Assembly: GCA_950097015.1 (NCBI GenBank)
Contig: CATNEN010000005.1
Coordinates: 1,302,001-1,366,000 of the forward strand
Reading direction: 5' to 3'
Length of the DNA: 64,000 nucleotides
Source of the DNA: Macrostomum hystrix
Lineage: Eukaryota > Animalia > Platyhelminthes
In this document: positions 61,898-64,000 of the stretch, piece by piece
Numbering within the stretch: position 1 is the first letter of the stretch
Layout: every line of letters starts with the position of its first letter
The notes under the pieces: generated by a model
What the model was told of the DNA's origin: nothing
Seen by the model: the letters and a program-made list of their open reading frames with translations, nothing else
Database searches by the model: none
Program-made: the position numbers and the translations under genes

Positions 61898-62333
61898 GTA
61901 GTTGAGCTCACAGGTGACATTGCGCCAGACATGAAAGCGGTAGCCGCAGCCGACCTGATTGTCACCACGCCAGAGAAGTGGGACGGCTGCTCTCGCAGTT
62001 GGCAGCAGCGCCAGTACGTCCAGAAAGTCGCCTTGCTAGTCATTGACGAGATTCACCTCCTAGGCGAGGACCGAGGCCCGGTACTAGAAGTGATCGTGTC
62101 AAGAACTAATTTCATCTGTTCTCACACTAAGCGACCAGTTCGAGTTGTCGGCCTGAGCACAGCACTGGCCAATGCTCAAGATCTTGCTGATTGGCTAGGC
62201 ATCAAAGAGTCCCTGGGCATGTACAATTTCAGGCCCAGTGTACGTCCGGTGCCACTGGAAGTGCACATCCAGGGCTATCCGGGTAGGCACTACTGCCCCA
62301 GAATGGCGTCTATGAATAAGCCCGCGTTTCAAG
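61898..62333 (+). CDS. ASCC3: ASCC3 exon 6
   Basis: VVELTGD...TTPEKWDG...DEIHLLG...GLSTALANA...[16 protein letters not shown]. Confidence 0.93.
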
Positions 62334-62409
62334 GTTGGTTCTTGTCCTGCTGATTTCCTGCTTCTAGTGTACTATGGAGTGCCGGGGTGACGATAGCTTT
62401 ATCCAAGCG

Positions 62410-62697
62410 ATCATGCAGTCACTTAGTCAGTCATGCAGTCATTTAGTCAATCATGTACAGTTATTAAGTCGGTGATACAGTTATTTAGTTGGTCATACAG
62501 TCATTTAGTCGGTCATACAGTCATTTAGTCGGTCATATAGTCATTTAGTCGGTCATGCAATCATTCAGTCGGTCATACAGTCATTTAGTCGGTCATATAG
62601 TCATTTAGTCGGTCATATAGTCATTTAGTCGGTCATACAGTCATTTAGTCGGTCATACAGTCATTTAGTCGGTCATATAGTTATTTAGTCGGTCATA
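62410..62697. repeat. 20-bp minisatellite (cagtcatttagtcggtcata), ASCC3 intron 6
   Basis: Seen directly. Confidence 0.9.
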
Positions 62698-62816
62698 AAT
62701 CAAACCTATAATTATTTTGAGCCACAGTAAGTTCATAGTTGAAGAATCTGAGCCACAATCTACTCACACAAGTAGTGTATTACTAATATTCAATCGCATG
62801 ACACTCCCATAAACAG

Positions 62817-63097
62817 CCATTCGTCAGCATTCGCCTGCCAAGCCGGTGCTAATCTTCGTATCTAGCCGGCGGCAGACACGCCTGACAGCCCTGGATCTCA
62901 TCGCCTACCTAGCCGGTGAAGACGACCCTAAACAGTGGCTGCACATGGAGGAGGCGGAATCGGCCCTGCTAATAGACATGGCCAGAGATCCCAATCTGAA
63001 GCTGACTCTGGCCTTCGGCATCGGTCTGCATCACGCTGGCTTGCACGAACGCGATAGGCGAATCGTTGAGGAACTGTACGCCTGCCAGAAGATTCAG
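62817..63097 (+). CDS. ASCC3: ASCC3 exon 7; gene continues beyond the window
   Basis: AIRQHSPAKPVLIFVSSRRQTRLTALDL...FGIGLHHAGL...KIQ; donor CAG|gtcggt. Confidence 0.92.
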
Positions 63098-63145
63098 GTC
63101 GGTGTAAAATCAGAAATTTGTGTGTCTTATTGATCTTCAAGTGCT

Positions 63146-63250
63146 CAGATCCCATTATTACCTGTATTTCAGATCACATTACTAACTATATTTCAGATCC
63201 CATTATTACCTGTATTTCAGATCCCAATATTACCTGTTTTCAGATCCCAA
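63146..63250. repeat. 24-bp minisatellite (tttcagatcccattattacctgta), about 4-5 copies
   Basis: Seen directly; interrupted on the right by the LTR element. Confidence 0.85.
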
Positions 63251-64000
63251 TAAGGCAGAGAGACTGCGACTTAGAGTTGACGAAGATTTACAGCGATTTA
63301 TTTATTGACTCACGAGTTAAATAGCAATCAGTGCCAAGGTGTAAAAGTGAGAGAGAAAGGCATGCACGCGGTTGATGTACATTAGACACCCAGAGAAGTG
63401 AACGCATATGTACGATGCATTGCCACACACTACAATCCTCCCACGCAAAGAAAAGAGAAGACTCGAAGGAAATAAATAAATTCAAAAAGAATAAAAACGC
63501 AGCAAGTGATTGGTGCAACTTAAGCAATATTAAGACAGTCAATGAATGAGTTCAGCGCAGCCATTTAATCAAAAGTTCAACCCGGCACATATCGATCAAC
63601 CGGCATCCGCCTCCGCACCGGGTAGCGCCTCTGGGGCAGCTCGTCCGCAGCGTCTCCGCCGCCGTGCAGCTCGTGCGCGAAGGGCGGCTGCTCGAAACGC
63701 TCGACGTCGGGTGCCGGCAGGAACAGCGGCCGAACGCGGTTTACGTTCACTCTGCGCGTCTTGCCATTCTTGCCGATCTCGACCACCAGATTGCGCTGGG
63801 ACAGCACCCGCCAGCCGGGGTCCCAATACGGCGCCAGCTTGGAGCCCCTCAGCTCGATGCGCAGCAGCACCTCGTCGCCCTGGCCGAATCTGCGCAGCTG
63901 CCCGGCTGACCTGTTGTAGTCGCTCTGCTGCTCGCCAGCCGCCTGCACCAGGTGCTCCTCGACAAGGGTCACGCCCGGTGAAGACCTTCAGCGGTGGCAG
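63251..64000 (-). mobile_element. Ty3/Gypsy 3' end: integrase C-terminus (63577-64000), putative PPT and short LTR (about 63251-63434), antisense in ASCC3 intron 7
   Basis: FGQGDEVLLR...KLAPYW...RRVNVNRVRP is the GPY/F-like tail; minus-strand gtgggaggat precedes tgtagtg; aataaa inside; LTR end does not read CA, so the boundary is uncertain. Confidence 0.7.

Overview
Eukaryotic genomic DNA with GT-AG introns, no prokaryotic features. The GC-rich coding sequence, minisatellite-filled introns and splice acceptors just upstream of start codons resemble a flatworm such as Macrostomum; this taxon call is inference only. The two ends hold conserved housekeeping genes, all on the + strand: the last exons of COG7, an intronless EME1, a 4-exon RIOK1 and the first 7 exons of ASCC3. 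The middle (about 7-41 kb) is an accessory region with five tandem minus-strand GT32/DXD glycosyltransferase paralogs. These share a nearly identical catalytic core but have swapped or hypervariable modules. Mobile DNA is interleaved: two hAT MITEs, three tRNA-derived SINE copies, a solo LTR, an Ingi-like LINE (HDV-like ribozyme core, 2A StopGo peptide, PHD, APE, RT), an internally deleted P-like THAP transposon with an apparent 17-nt self-excision footprint, a Crypton-like tyrosine recombinase element with CCATAGAC-ended relatives, an inverted Penelope with two hammerheads, and a Gypsy 3' end. About 20 tandem arrays occur; one derives from a SINE head and one sits inside a MITE. All coordinates were read by hand; array boundaries are approximate.
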